A stretch of DNA of 42,255 bases from Prevotella sp. (GTDB lineage Bacteria; Bacteroidota; Bacteroidia; Bacteroidales; Bacteroidaceae): assembly GCA_036752365.1 (NCBI GenBank), contig DAIOSW010000001.1:1-42255 (forward strand), written 5' to 3'. Positions 18,681-27,525 of this stretch are shown piece by piece (position 1 is the first letter of the stretch; each line of letters opens with the position of its first letter). Position numbers and translations under genes: made by a program. The notes beneath the pieces are model-generated. The model ran no database searches, was not told the DNA's origin, and saw only the letters and a program-made list of their open reading frames with translations.

Positions 18681-20888
18681 ATGAAAAAAATATCTTTGTT
18701 GTGCTTTGCTGCGTTGGTTAGTGTTACCCAACTCTTTGCTGCACGTTATTTTGATTTGAAAGACCTTACTTCTGGTACATTTTATCCGGAGAATCTTAAG
18801 GAAGTGACACCATTGACGGATGGTGAAAGTTATACACGGATAAGTACAGATGGTTCTAAAATCTTGAAGATGTCTTTTAGCACAGATCAACAGACCGCAG
18901 TATTGTTTGATATCAAAAAAGCACGTGGTGCAAATCTGACTTCATTTGATGGTTATATTATCAGTCCGGATGGTAGTAGAATTCTCATACAGACAAATAC
19001 TCATCATATTTATCGCCATTCGTTTACTGCTACCTATTATATTTATAGTGTTGAGAATAACAAATTGGAACCATTGTCTGAGGGTGGTCCACAGCAGACT
19101 CCACTTTTCTCACCCGATGGCAATCAGATAGCTTTTGTTCGTGACAATAATATATTCCTTGTTAAGTTACTTTTTAATAATTCAGAGAGTCAAGTCACAA
19201 AAGACGGGAAGTTCAATGAAGTTATCAATGGAATTCCTGATTGGGTAAATGAGGAAGAATTTACTAACGATCGTAGCATGGTTTTTAATGCAGACGGAAC
19301 GATGCTCTGTTGGATTCGTTATGATGAATCGGCAGTTAAGATGTTTTCTTTCCCTTGGTACAAGGGCTCAAATCCGGAAATGACAGAATATTCGGATTAT
19401 CCCGGAGCCTATACCTATAAATATCCGTTGCCTGGATATGATAATTCAAAAGTTTCAGTTTACTCGTTTGATATCAAGGCACATCAGACTCGTAAGATTC
19501 AGCTGCCACTTGATCCGGATGGTTACATCCCACGCATCAAAATGACGAGTGATGCTTCTAAGGTTGCCCTATTTACATTGAACAGGCATCAGGATCGTCT
19601 TGACATCTATATGGCTAACCCACGTTCTACTGTTTGTCAGCTTATTATTCGCGATGAAATTAATAAGTATATTAAAGAAGAATCCATGGAATCTGTAAAG
19701 ATAACGTCGGGTCATATTCTGTTGCCAAGTGAGCGTGATGGATATAATCACCTTTACTTATATACTCTTGGAGGCAATCTGGTTCGTAAAGTTTGTCCCG
19801 ATAAGGCTGTTGTTACTGATGTTTACGGTTACGATGAAGCTACGGGTTCTATCTATTATGCCGCTAATCCCCTTGGTGCAGACGATCAGCAGGTTTATGT
19901 GTCAGAGAAGAGCGGTAAGGTGGTGCGCCTCACAGATAAGGCCGGCTTCAATACTCCAATATTCAGTACTAACTATAAGTATTTTGTCAATACATGGTCT
20001 GATATGAATACACCTCCGGTTGTTACCGTTAGATCTAACTCAGGTAAGGTCCTTAAAACGATCATTGACAATAAGGAACTGAGCAAAAAGCTTTCTGCAT
20101 ACGATATTAGTATGAAAGAGAAATTCCATTTCACGACCTCTGAAGGAGTTGTGTTAAATGGATGGATGATAAAACCGGTTAATTTCGATGCTTCAAAGAG
20201 GTACCCTGTTATCATGTATCAATATGGTGGTCCCGGTGCTCAACAGGTGCTCGACAAATGGAGTATCGGTGCGATGGGGCAGGGTGGTATTTATGAGGAA
20301 TATCTTGCACAGAAAGGATTTGTTGTCGTTTGCGTAGATGGTCGCGGTACAGGTGGCCGTGGCGCAGATTTCGAGAAGTGCACCTACTTACGTCTCGGTG
20401 AAAAGGAAGCAAAGGATCAGGTTGAAACTGCTTTATATGTAGGTTCACTTCCTTATGTAGACAAGTCTAGAATTGGAATATGGGGATGGAGTTACGGCGG
20501 ATGGAATACCCTTATGAGTATGAGCGAAGGACGTAAGGTGTTCCGTGCCGGAGTAGCAGTTGCACCTCCTACTTGCTGGAGATTCTATGATAGTGTATAT
20601 ACCGAAAGGTATATGCGTACCCCGAAAGAAAACCCTTCAGGTTACAATGAGGTAAATCCTATAGCGCGTGCTTCAGACTTGAATGGCTCGTTACTTATCT
20701 GTCATGGCTTTGCTGATGATAATGTGCATTTTCAGAATACAGCAGAATATACAGAGGCTCTTGTTCAGGCTGATAAAGATTTTAAGGAAAACTTTTATAC
20801 CAATAGAAATCATGGAATAAGTGGTGGAAATACCCGTAATCATCTGTTCCGCCAGATCACCAATTTCTTTATTGACGAGATGAAATGA
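18681..20888 (+). CDS. Dipeptidyl peptidase IV (S9B)
   Basis: Signal peptide, DWVNEEE, catalytic GWSYGG, DDNVH, NH. Confidence 0.92.
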   Translation: MKKISLLCFAALVSVTQLFAARYFDLKDLTSGTFYPENLKEVTPLTDGESYTRISTDGSKILKMSFSTDQQTAVLFDIKKARGANLTSFDGYIISPDGSRILIQTNTHHIYRHSFTATYYIYSVENNKLEPLSEGGPQQTPLFSPDGNQIAFVRDNNIFLVKLLFNNSESQVTKDGKFNEVINGIPDWVNEEEFTNDRSMVFNADGTMLCWIRYDESAVKMFSFPWYKGSNPEMTEYSDYPGAYTYKYPLPGYDNSKVSVYSFDIKAHQTRKIQLPLDPDGYIPRIKMTSDASKVALFTLNRHQDRLDIYMANPRSTVCQLIIRDEINKYIKEESMESVKITSGHILLPSERDGYNHLYLYTLGGNLVRKVCPDKAVVTDVYGYDEATGSIYYAANPLGADDQQVYVSEKSGKVVRLTDKAGFNTPIFSTNYKYFVNTWSDMNTPPVVTVRSNSGKVLKTIIDNKELSKKLSAYDISMKEKFHFTTSEGVVLNGWMIKPVNFDASKRYPVIMYQYGGPGAQQVLDKWSIGAMGQGGIYEEYLAQKGFVVVCVDGRGTGGRGADFEKCTYLRLGEKEAKDQVETALYVGSLPYVDKSRIGIWGWSYGGWNTLMSMSEGRKVFRAGVAVAPPTCWRFYDSVYTERYMRTPKENPSGYNEVNPIARASDLNGSLLICHGFADDNVHFQNTAEYTEALVQADKDFKENFYTNRNHGISGGNTRNHLFRQITNFFIDEMK

Positions 20889-21691
20889 AGATAGATATTC
20901 GACTTATTCTGTTGATGGTTTTCCTGTATCCGATGTCAGTTTTTTCAGAGACGTCGGATGATGGATATAAACTCGTGTGGAGCGAGGAATTTAATGGTGA
21001 TGCTGTTGATACTACCATTTGGAACTTTGAAAATGGGTATAAACGTAATCATGAATGGCAGTATTATCAGAAAGAAAATGCCCGTGTTGCCGATGGGATG
21101 TTGACAATAACAGCACGTCGTGAGAGCGGCCGTGGAAAGATAGAATGTACCTCTGCCAGTATTAATACCGCAGGTCATAAGGAGTTTCTCTATGGACGTT
21201 TTGTGGTACGTGCCCGTATACCCTATGCCCGTGGGGCCTGGCCGGCCATCTGGACTTTGGGGAGTAAATGGGCTTGGCCATCATGTGGTGAAATAGACAT
21301 GATGGAGTTCTATCATAAAGATGGTGTTCCATGTATTCTTGCGAATGTGGCTTGCGGCACTGATCGCCCTTATGCAGCCCGTTGGAACAGTGTTGCTAAA
21401 CCTTATGACCATTTCCTTCAGAAGGACAAATATTGGAGTGATAAGTTTCATATCTGGCGGATGGATTGGAATAAAAATTCGATTCGTCTGTATCTTGATG
21501 ATGAACTTTTAAACGAGGTTTTCTTGAAAGATACCCGTAATGGAAAGTTGGGTGATAGTCAGAATCCTTTTAACACTCCTCAATATATACTTCTTAACCT
21601 CGCTGTTGGTGGCGATAATGGTGGTGAGGTTGATATGGATGCACTTCCGATGAAGTATGATGTTGATTATGTGAGAATCTACCAGAAGTGA
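20885..21691 (+). CDS. Glycoside hydrolase family 16
   Basis: LVWSEEF, WPAIW, WPSCGEIDMME catalytic motif, LLNLAVGG, VDYVRIYQ. Confidence 0.92.
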   Translation: MKIDIRLILLMVFLYPMSVFSETSDDGYKLVWSEEFNGDAVDTTIWNFENGYKRNHEWQYYQKENARVADGMLTITARRESGRGKIECTSASINTAGHKEFLYGRFVVRARIPYARGAWPAIWTLGSKWAWPSCGEIDMMEFYHKDGVPCILANVACGTDRPYAARWNSVAKPYDHFLQKDKYWSDKFHIWRMDWNKNSIRLYLDDELLNEVFLKDTRNGKLGDSQNPFNTPQYILLNLAVGGDNGGEVDMDALPMKYDVDYVRIYQK

Positions 21692-21715
21692 ATTACTAAC
21701 TAAAATCATTGTATA

Positions 21716-24037
21716 ATGAAAAGGAATTTCAGAGTTATTTCGTTACTGGTGTTGTGTGTGATGCTCATACCAGTAACACTCAATGCTAAATCAAGAAAAA
21801 AAGCCGAAGTTAAAAGTCTGTCTACTCTTGAGATGATTGAGAAGGTTAATAGACATTGGCAGTCGGTGACGTCACCAGATGTTCGTGCATTCTGGGATCA
21901 TGCTGCTTATTTCACCGGAAATATGGAAGCATATAAGTTGACTGGTGATCCTGCCTTTCTCGAATATAGTGACAAATGGTGCCGCTATAATCATTGGATG
22001 GGTGCAACGGAGCCTAATCAGTCTAAATGGTTGTATAAGACCTATGGTGAAGGTTCACAATATGTGCTTTTTGGAGATTGGCAGATTTGTTTTCAGACCT
22101 ATCTGGACATGTACCAAATGAATCCTGATGAGTATAAGATAAAGCGTGCCAAAGAAGTGATGGACAAAGAGTGCGCGATGGAGGATAACGGATTCTGGTG
22201 GTGGGCAGATGCTCTTTACATGGTAATGCCTGTAATGACTAAGATGTATAAGGCCACCGGTGACGTTAAATACCTTGACAAGCTATATGACAACTTCATG
22301 TTTGCGGATAATCTTATGTTTGATAAGGATGAACATCTATACTATCGCGATGGTAAGTATATCTATCCTGCTCACAAAACAGATAACGGAAAGAAAGATT
22401 TTTGGGCTCGTGGAGATGGATGGGTTCTTGCCGGTCTTGCCAAGGTGTTACAGGATATGCCAAAGGATTACAAACATCGTGATTTTTTTGTTGAGCGTTT
22501 CTCTCAGTTGGCTGCCGCTGTAGCCAAGTGTCAACAACCTCAGGGTTATTGGACACGCAGTATGCTTGACAGAAAACAAGCAGATGGGCCAGAAACGAGT
22601 GGAACAGCCTTTTTTACTTATGGCCTGTTATGGGGTATGAATAATGGCTTGTTGGATAAGGTTACATACCAACCGGTTACAGATAAAGCTTGGAAATATC
22701 TCTCGACCAAGGCTCTCCAGGCTGATGGCAGTATCGGATTTGTACAACCGATAGGCGAAAAGGCAATTCCCGGGCAACAACTCGATGCTAAGGCAACATC
22801 CAATTTCGGCGTAGGAGCCTTTCTTTTGGCCGCATGTGAGAAAGTGCGTTTTGATGATAAGAGCGTAAATACAACAGACAGCAAGTCGTTTGATGTGACT
22901 GTGACGAATAATACAAATGTTCAGCGTCAGCAGGTTATAGAATTAGATTCAAAAACAGTCTACTCTAAGTTGGGCATCAGCGGCGGACGCCAGTTTGTTG
23001 TCACTAATGCTCTGGGACGTGAAGTCCCTTACCAGCTTACTTATGATGGTAAAGTCCTCATCGAGGCGTGGGTTAATCCATTAGGAGCGGCATCATTTAA
23101 GATTGCTAAAGGTTTGCCTGCTGTTCCTGCCAATGCTGTTTATGGGCGAATGTATCCTGAGCGTGTTGATGATATAGCATGGGAGAACGATCGTTGTGCA
23201 TACCGTTGTTACGGTCCGGCTCTCCAGAAGTCTGGTGAGGATGCTTATGGAAATGATGTGTGGGTTAAGAATACGCCAGACCTCGTTGTTGAGCAACGTT
23301 ATTATAATGAAGATACATATAAAAAGCCGATAGCAGAGTTGCGCAAGGCTGGAAAGAAAGAGGAAGCACAGGAACTGGAAGACAATATCAGTTATCATTT
23401 TGACCACGGTCATGGATTAGACTGCTATAAAGTGGGACCAACGCTTGGCTGTGGTACTCCTGCATTGATGGATGGTGACAAGATTCTATTCCCATATTGT
23501 TATAAGAATTATCAGATTCTTGACAATGGACCTCTCCGCTTTACAGTTAAACTCGTTTATAATCCGGCCACCATTAAGGGTGATACCGGAGTTGTGGAGA
23601 CACGTATCTTGAGTCTTGACAAAGGCTCAAACTTCAATAAGATGACGGTCAGCTATAGTGGACTGACATCGCCTTGCCAATTAGGTGCAGGTGTTGTCAT
23701 ACACACCGAAGATACTGCAAGTGTAAAGTTGGCAGATAACTATGTCGCTTATGCTGATCCAACAGATAACCCTAAAGGACAGAACTTTCAGATATATGTG
23801 GCAACTCTTTTCCCCAATGGTGTAAACCAGACAACGAAGATGATGTATGCCAATCCAACTCGTGGAAATTCTGGTCATGCTTTAGGTATAACCACCTATA
23901 AGAATGGTGACAGTTATACCTATTACTTTGGTAGTGCCTGGAGCAAATATGATTGTCGTACCTTTGCGGAATGGACTGAACGTATCACCGGTTTCATGGA
24001 AAGTATTAAATATCCTCTGAGTGTAACCGTGAAATAA
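21716..24037 (+). CDS. GH105/GH88-family unsaturated uronyl hydrolase fused to DUF4861
   Basis: WWWADALYM, FWARGDGWV, ETSGTA, GVGAFLLA, then VPYQLT, DDIAWEND, NGPLRF. Confidence 0.85.
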   Translation: MKRNFRVISLLVLCVMLIPVTLNAKSRKKAEVKSLSTLEMIEKVNRHWQSVTSPDVRAFWDHAAYFTGNMEAYKLTGDPAFLEYSDKWCRYNHWMGATEPNQSKWLYKTYGEGSQYVLFGDWQICFQTYLDMYQMNPDEYKIKRAKEVMDKECAMEDNGFWWWADALYMVMPVMTKMYKATGDVKYLDKLYDNFMFADNLMFDKDEHLYYRDGKYIYPAHKTDNGKKDFWARGDGWVLAGLAKVLQDMPKDYKHRDFFVERFSQLAAAVAKCQQPQGYWTRSMLDRKQADGPETSGTAFFTYGLLWGMNNGLLDKVTYQPVTDKAWKYLSTKALQADGSIGFVQPIGEKAIPGQQLDAKATSNFGVGAFLLAACEKVRFDDKSVNTTDSKSFDVTVTNNTNVQRQQVIELDSKTVYSKLGISGGRQFVVTNALGREVPYQLTYDGKVLIEAWVNPLGAASFKIAKGLPAVPANAVYGRMYPERVDDIAWENDRCAYRCYGPALQKSGEDAYGNDVWVKNTPDLVVEQRYYNEDTYKKPIAELRKAGKKEEAQELEDNISYHFDHGHGLDCYKVGPTLGCGTPALMDGDKILFPYCYKNYQILDNGPLRFTVKLVYNPATIKGDTGVVETRILSLDKGSNFNKMTVSYSGLTSPCQLGAGVVIHTEDTASVKLADNYVAYADPTDNPKGQNFQIYVATLFPNGVNQTTKMMYANPTRGNSGHALGITTYKNGDSYTYYFGSAWSKYDCRTFAEWTERITGFMESIKYPLSVTVK

Positions 24038-24056
24038 CCATAAGTTTTTATTACGT

Positions 24057-24094
24057 CAAAAAGGTCTGTTGGCATTTTTTCAACAGACCTTTTG
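24057..24094 (+). terminator. Terminator of the DPP-IV/GH16/GH105 operon
   Basis: AAAAGGTCTGTTG...CAACAGACCTTTT hairpin. Confidence 0.8.
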
Positions 24095-24174
24095 GGCATT
24101 AGGTATAAATACAGGAATATCAACAGTTAGTATAAAATCAAATGTCAAATTTGATTACTGCATTTGTACAATAA

Positions 24175-24216
24175 AATAGGAGGATGAACTCAGAAATGAA
24201 TTCATCCTCCTCTATT
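24175..24216 (-). terminator. Probable terminator hairpin of ndh
   Basis: GGAGGATGAA...TTCATCCTCC stem downstream of the ndh stop. Confidence 0.65.
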
Positions 24217-24255
24217 GATATTTTGCCGGATGGCAATATAGTTACGGGATTTTAA

Positions 24256-25629
24256 TTATGACTTATGGTCTTCTTTCTCTTCCTCTTCCTCCTGCAATAG
24301 ATCCTCTCCCCAGTGGGTAACGGCTTCGCGTGCTTCGCGTTCAATGACCTCCTTTGCTTTCAGAGGGTAGAATATCATACGCAAAGACTGGTTGTAGTTG
24401 AAATAGTTCCAGATCCAGTTGAGTAAAACGATCACTTTATTACGTACGCCCAAGATGGAACGGAGATGTACGACCAACCACATAACCCATGCAATGAATC
24501 CCTGCATCTTGATCTTGCTAAACTCGGCAACGGCCTTATTGCGTCCTATGGTAGCCATCGAACCCAGGTTCTTGTACTTAAAAGGTTTTAGCTTCTTTCC
24601 TTTTTCCAGACGAATGATATTCTTTGCTAACTGTTTACCTTGCTGTATCGCAACTTGTGCCAACTGAGGATGACCATAAGGGTAATCTTTGTCACCACTC
24701 ATAATACATTGATCACCTATGGAGAAGATTCCGTCAAGACCTACAACTTGATTGAACTCATTAACCTTGATGCGGTTGCCACGGCCGATATATTGACGAT
24801 CAAGATTGCCTATCGTATTTCCGGCAACACCACTCACCCAGATAAATGTGCGAGTAGCAATAGCACTTCCGTCCTCTAGTACAACCTTGTGGTCTTTGTA
24901 ATCAACAACTTTCTTGTTGAGCAGAATATTCACTCCCATGCGGCGTAAGAATTCTTCAGCTTTTGCTGATGACTCTTTCGACATACCCGATAGTAGACGG
25001 TTGCCAGCCTCAATGAGGTATACATTCATAAGTGTTCTGTCTAAGTCTGGATAGTCATGAGGAAGCACTGTTCTTTTCATCTCAGAAAGAACACCGGCAA
25101 CCTCTACACCTGTAGCGCCACCGCCGACAACAACAACATTGAGAAGTTCCTGACGTTCCAGTTCTGTAGCACAAGTAATGGAGCGTTCAAGGTTTGAGAG
25201 TATCGCATTCTGAAGTCCCATCGCTTCTGACACGTTTTTCATTGGGATTGCCTCTTCTTCGATATGCTTGTTACCGTAGAAGTTGGTCGTAGTACCTGCT
25301 GCGAATACCAGATAGTCGTAGTCCACCTTTCCGATAGATGTCTGAATGATCTTTTTATCAGGGAACACTGCGCGTACCTCAGCCATACGGAAGTAAAAAT
25401 CGGGTGTGTTCTGGAAAATCTTACGGAAAGGGAATGAGATGGAACTCGGCTCCATACCTGCCGATGCCACCTGGTAAATCAATGGTGGAAATTGATGATA
25501 GTTGTTTTTATCAATTAAGATAACCTGTATCCCGGTGTTTCTTAACTTGTTAGCCAACTTTAATCCTCCAAAACCACCTCCTACAATTACTACTCTTTTT
25601 TTGTCGCCTTTCGAAATGTTTAAACTCAT
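24256..25629 (-). CDS. ndh: Type II NADH:quinone oxidoreductase
   Basis: GGGFGG, FPPLIYQVA, VVGGGATGVE, AQVAIQQG, GSMATIGR. Start MSLNISK lies downstream of the promoter at 25669. Confidence 0.9.
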   Translation of the reverse strand: MSLNISKGDKKRVVIVGGGFGGLKLANKLRNTGIQVILIDKNNYHQFPPLIYQVASAGMEPSSISFPFRKIFQNTPDFYFRMAEVRAVFPDKKIIQTSIGKVDYDYLVFAAGTTTNFYGNKHIEEEAIPMKNVSEAMGLQNAILSNLERSITCATELERQELLNVVVVGGGATGVEVAGVLSEMKRTVLPHDYPDLDRTLMNVYLIEAGNRLLSGMSKESSAKAEEFLRRMGVNILLNKKVVDYKDHKVVLEDGSAIATRTFIWVSGVAGNTIGNLDRQYIGRGNRIKVNEFNQVVGLDGIFSIGDQCIMSGDKDYPYGHPQLAQVAIQQGKQLAKNIIRLEKGKKLKPFKYKNLGSMATIGRNKAVAEFSKIKMQGFIAWVMWLVVHLRSILGVRNKVIVLLNWIWNYFNYNQSLRMIFYPLKAKEVIEREAREAVTHWGEDLLQEEEEEKEDHKS

Positions 25630-25664
25630 AAATATAATCTTTTCCTCAGTTAGATGATAAAACT

Positions 25665-25895
25665 TATGCAAAGGTAGTGCTTTTATTTGATAAAATAACT
25701 GTTGATATTGATTAATAATAATTAATTTCAAAAAAAACGCTGGCATTCATAAATGTCAGCGTTTTTTGCAATGTGGAGTTGTCAAAATTAGATAATGACC
25801 TTTTTCCCATTAATAATATAGATTCCTTTACGAAGACCCTCTGTTGCTTTATCCGGTGATACCTTACTACGGACTTTTACTCCTTCGATGGTGTA
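25665..25895 (-). repeat. Copy A of a diverged direct repeat (GH30 tail + terminator + ndh promoter)
   Basis: 25665-25716 matches 27327-27378 at 47/52 positions. The hairpin and coding tail are also homologous. Confidence 0.85.
25730..25767 (-). terminator. Terminator of the GH30 gene
   Basis: AAAAAACGCTGGCATT...AATGTCAGCGTTTTTT hairpin. Confidence 0.8.
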
Positions 25896-27302
25896 TACAT
25901 CTGTATAGACGGGATCTGCAATGACGCTAGAACGACTGATTCCTGTGGCATTCCAATCTATTGCGAAAACGTAAGTATTGATACTGCTTGGTGCAAGAGG
26001 GAATTTGGGAGTTCTGGTTGGTTCTGATATCTCCAGATTCTGCTTGTCACACGTGAGTGATTCTGTGGTCATGGTGCGTGTACAACTTTTTACTACGTAG
26101 GGGAGATTAAACGCTACATTCAGTGTGGTGTTAGTACTATTTGAGTTGATTACCATGATGATTAGAGAGTCTCCTTTGATGTATGCGGATGTCTCCATCA
26201 CAGAACTGGCCGTGATGGTGGCTCCTAGTCGGGTAGAGCCTGTAACATTCTTGGTGAAGTGGGACATCACATAACCTCTCTTTGTGATTTTCATATCCTC
26301 ATTCCCAGAACCGCTTGCTACAGCCTTTCCATCACCGATAAATGCATGATTGGCACGCATATACCAGTAGACATAAGCACTTAGATTCCCTGTCATCGCC
26401 TCATTTACCTCTTGGGCAAACATGATCTGCTCACTCCATATCGGTGAATCAAAAACTTTCTTATCACCCATACTATCGTCGTTGCGTGGATCTACAAAAT
26501 GTTCTGTTTCCCAAGCTTCAACGCCGTGAGTCATTGCTGTTGCAGCTGCTAAAGGAGCTGATTTGACACCACTGCCATAAAAATGACCACCGATATAGCT
26601 GATGTATTTGCAGGTGTTACTGTCGTTAAGCAACGAATCGGTGTATGCCGGGTTATACCAGAAACTCTCACCACCCATTAACTTTGCTCCGGTAAGTTTG
26701 TCTCCATAATCTCTGACGAGGGTATGCATCTCTGATGGAGTATATAAACATCCGGAATAACTTACTTTCCAGTCCGGCTCATTCTGTATGGCTACAATAT
26801 CCACAGCGGCTCCATTGCTTTTCATATATGAACAAAAGCTATTGAGCCAAGGGAAGAAGTATTTGTATTTGTCTGTCCTTAATTTCCCTCCAACTCCTGC
26901 ATCATCTTGACCTGAAGCGGAATTATTTGTTTTATAGGCAGCAGGGGGTGACCAGGGGGTTCCGAATATGATTGCTCCACGCCGTTTTGCACATTTTACT
27001 GCATTGATATAACCATGCCAGTCATAAGGTGTGTCCCAAGGTGTGACAACATCTCCAACAAGATTGGGAGATATTTCTATACGCATGATATTTAGACCGA
27101 CAGGAGAGCTCGCTCCATATAATTTAGCGATGATTGTGGAATCTTGGATCGGACACATCAGGTCGCCCATGGCGGCAGCACCGAAACCTGTGATATGCTG
27201 ATACTGCTTGGAAGTGACATTCACGTTGATGTCATAAGCTTCAGCACTGATGGCAGTAGATATGCATAAAGCTGTTGAAATGAATATTTGTAATAGTTTC
27301 AT
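25788..27302 (-). CDS. Secreted GH30 glycoside hydrolase (xylanase-like) with a Prevotella-type T9SS-like C-terminal tail
   Basis: ITGFG, TPWSPPA, IQNEPD (acid/base), WETEH (nucleophile), AYVYWY, tail VYTIEG...KGIYIINGKKVII. Confidence 0.85.
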   Translation of the reverse strand: MKLLQIFISTALCISTAISAEAYDINVNVTSKQYQHITGFGAAAMGDLMCPIQDSTIIAKLYGASSPVGLNIMRIEISPNLVGDVVTPWDTPYDWHGYINAVKCAKRRGAIIFGTPWSPPAAYKTNNSASGQDDAGVGGKLRTDKYKYFFPWLNSFCSYMKSNGAAVDIVAIQNEPDWKVSYSGCLYTPSEMHTLVRDYGDKLTGAKLMGGESFWYNPAYTDSLLNDSNTCKYISYIGGHFYGSGVKSAPLAAATAMTHGVEAWETEHFVDPRNDDSMGDKKVFDSPIWSEQIMFAQEVNEAMTGNLSAYVYWYMRANHAFIGDGKAVASGSGNEDMKITKRGYVMSHFTKNVTGSTRLGATITASSVMETSAYIKGDSLIIMVINSNSTNTTLNVAFNLPYVVKSCTRTMTTESLTCDKQNLEISEPTRTPKFPLAPSSINTYVFAIDWNATGISRSSVIADPVYTDVYTIEGVKVRSKVSPDKATEGLRKGIYIINGKKVII

Positions 27303-27380
27303 CTTTTTATAAGGTTAATTTAAACGTATGCAAAGATACTGTTTTTATTTGATAAAAGAACTGTTGATATAGATTAATTT

Positions 27381-27418
27381 AAAAGAATGTTGACATCTAT
27401 GGATATCAACATTCTTTT
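27381..27418 (-). terminator. Terminator downstream of the PUL's last susD
   Basis: AAAAGAATGTTGACATC-tatg-GATATCAACATTCTTTT hairpin. Confidence 0.8.
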
Positions 27419-27436
27419 GTAATTTGAGTGGTTAAA

Positions 27437-27523
27437 TTAAGTGAGAGACTTTTCTTTATAAAGCCACTTTGCTGCTTTATCTGGCAGCACTTTGCTGAGA
27501 ATTATTGTATATTCAAGGGTATA
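27437..27523 (-). pseudogene. Start-less remnant of a secretion-tail coding sequence
   Basis: Translates YTLEYTIILSKVLPDKAAKWLYKEKSLT*, with 12/24 ungapped identities to the GH30 tail YTIEGVKVRSKVSPDKATEGLRKG. Confidence 0.7.
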
Positions 27524-27525
27524 TT

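Larger units (their letters stand above)
27327..27523 (-). repeat. Copy B of the diverged direct repeat (relic tail + PUL terminator + GH30 promoter)
   Basis: Homologous to copy A. Includes -7 TATCTTTG at 27331-27338. Confidence 0.85.

Noticed and set aside
24136..24156. AT-rich inverted repeat AATCAAAT-n5-ATTTGATT (a similar one lies at 12951-12972)
   Set aside because: Short and low-complexity, so plausible by chance in AT-rich intergenic DNA.
25630..25746. Extended N-termini in the ORF track (ndh 25746; also 1659, 12445, 12693, 37757)
   Set aside because: The extensions run through promoters, terminators or neighbouring genes, or precede a clear signal peptide. Downstream starts fit better.
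25665..27523. The direct repeat interpreted as IS ends, att sites or CRISPR
   Set aside because: There are only two diverged copies, with no transposase or integrase, target-site duplication or spacer periodicity.
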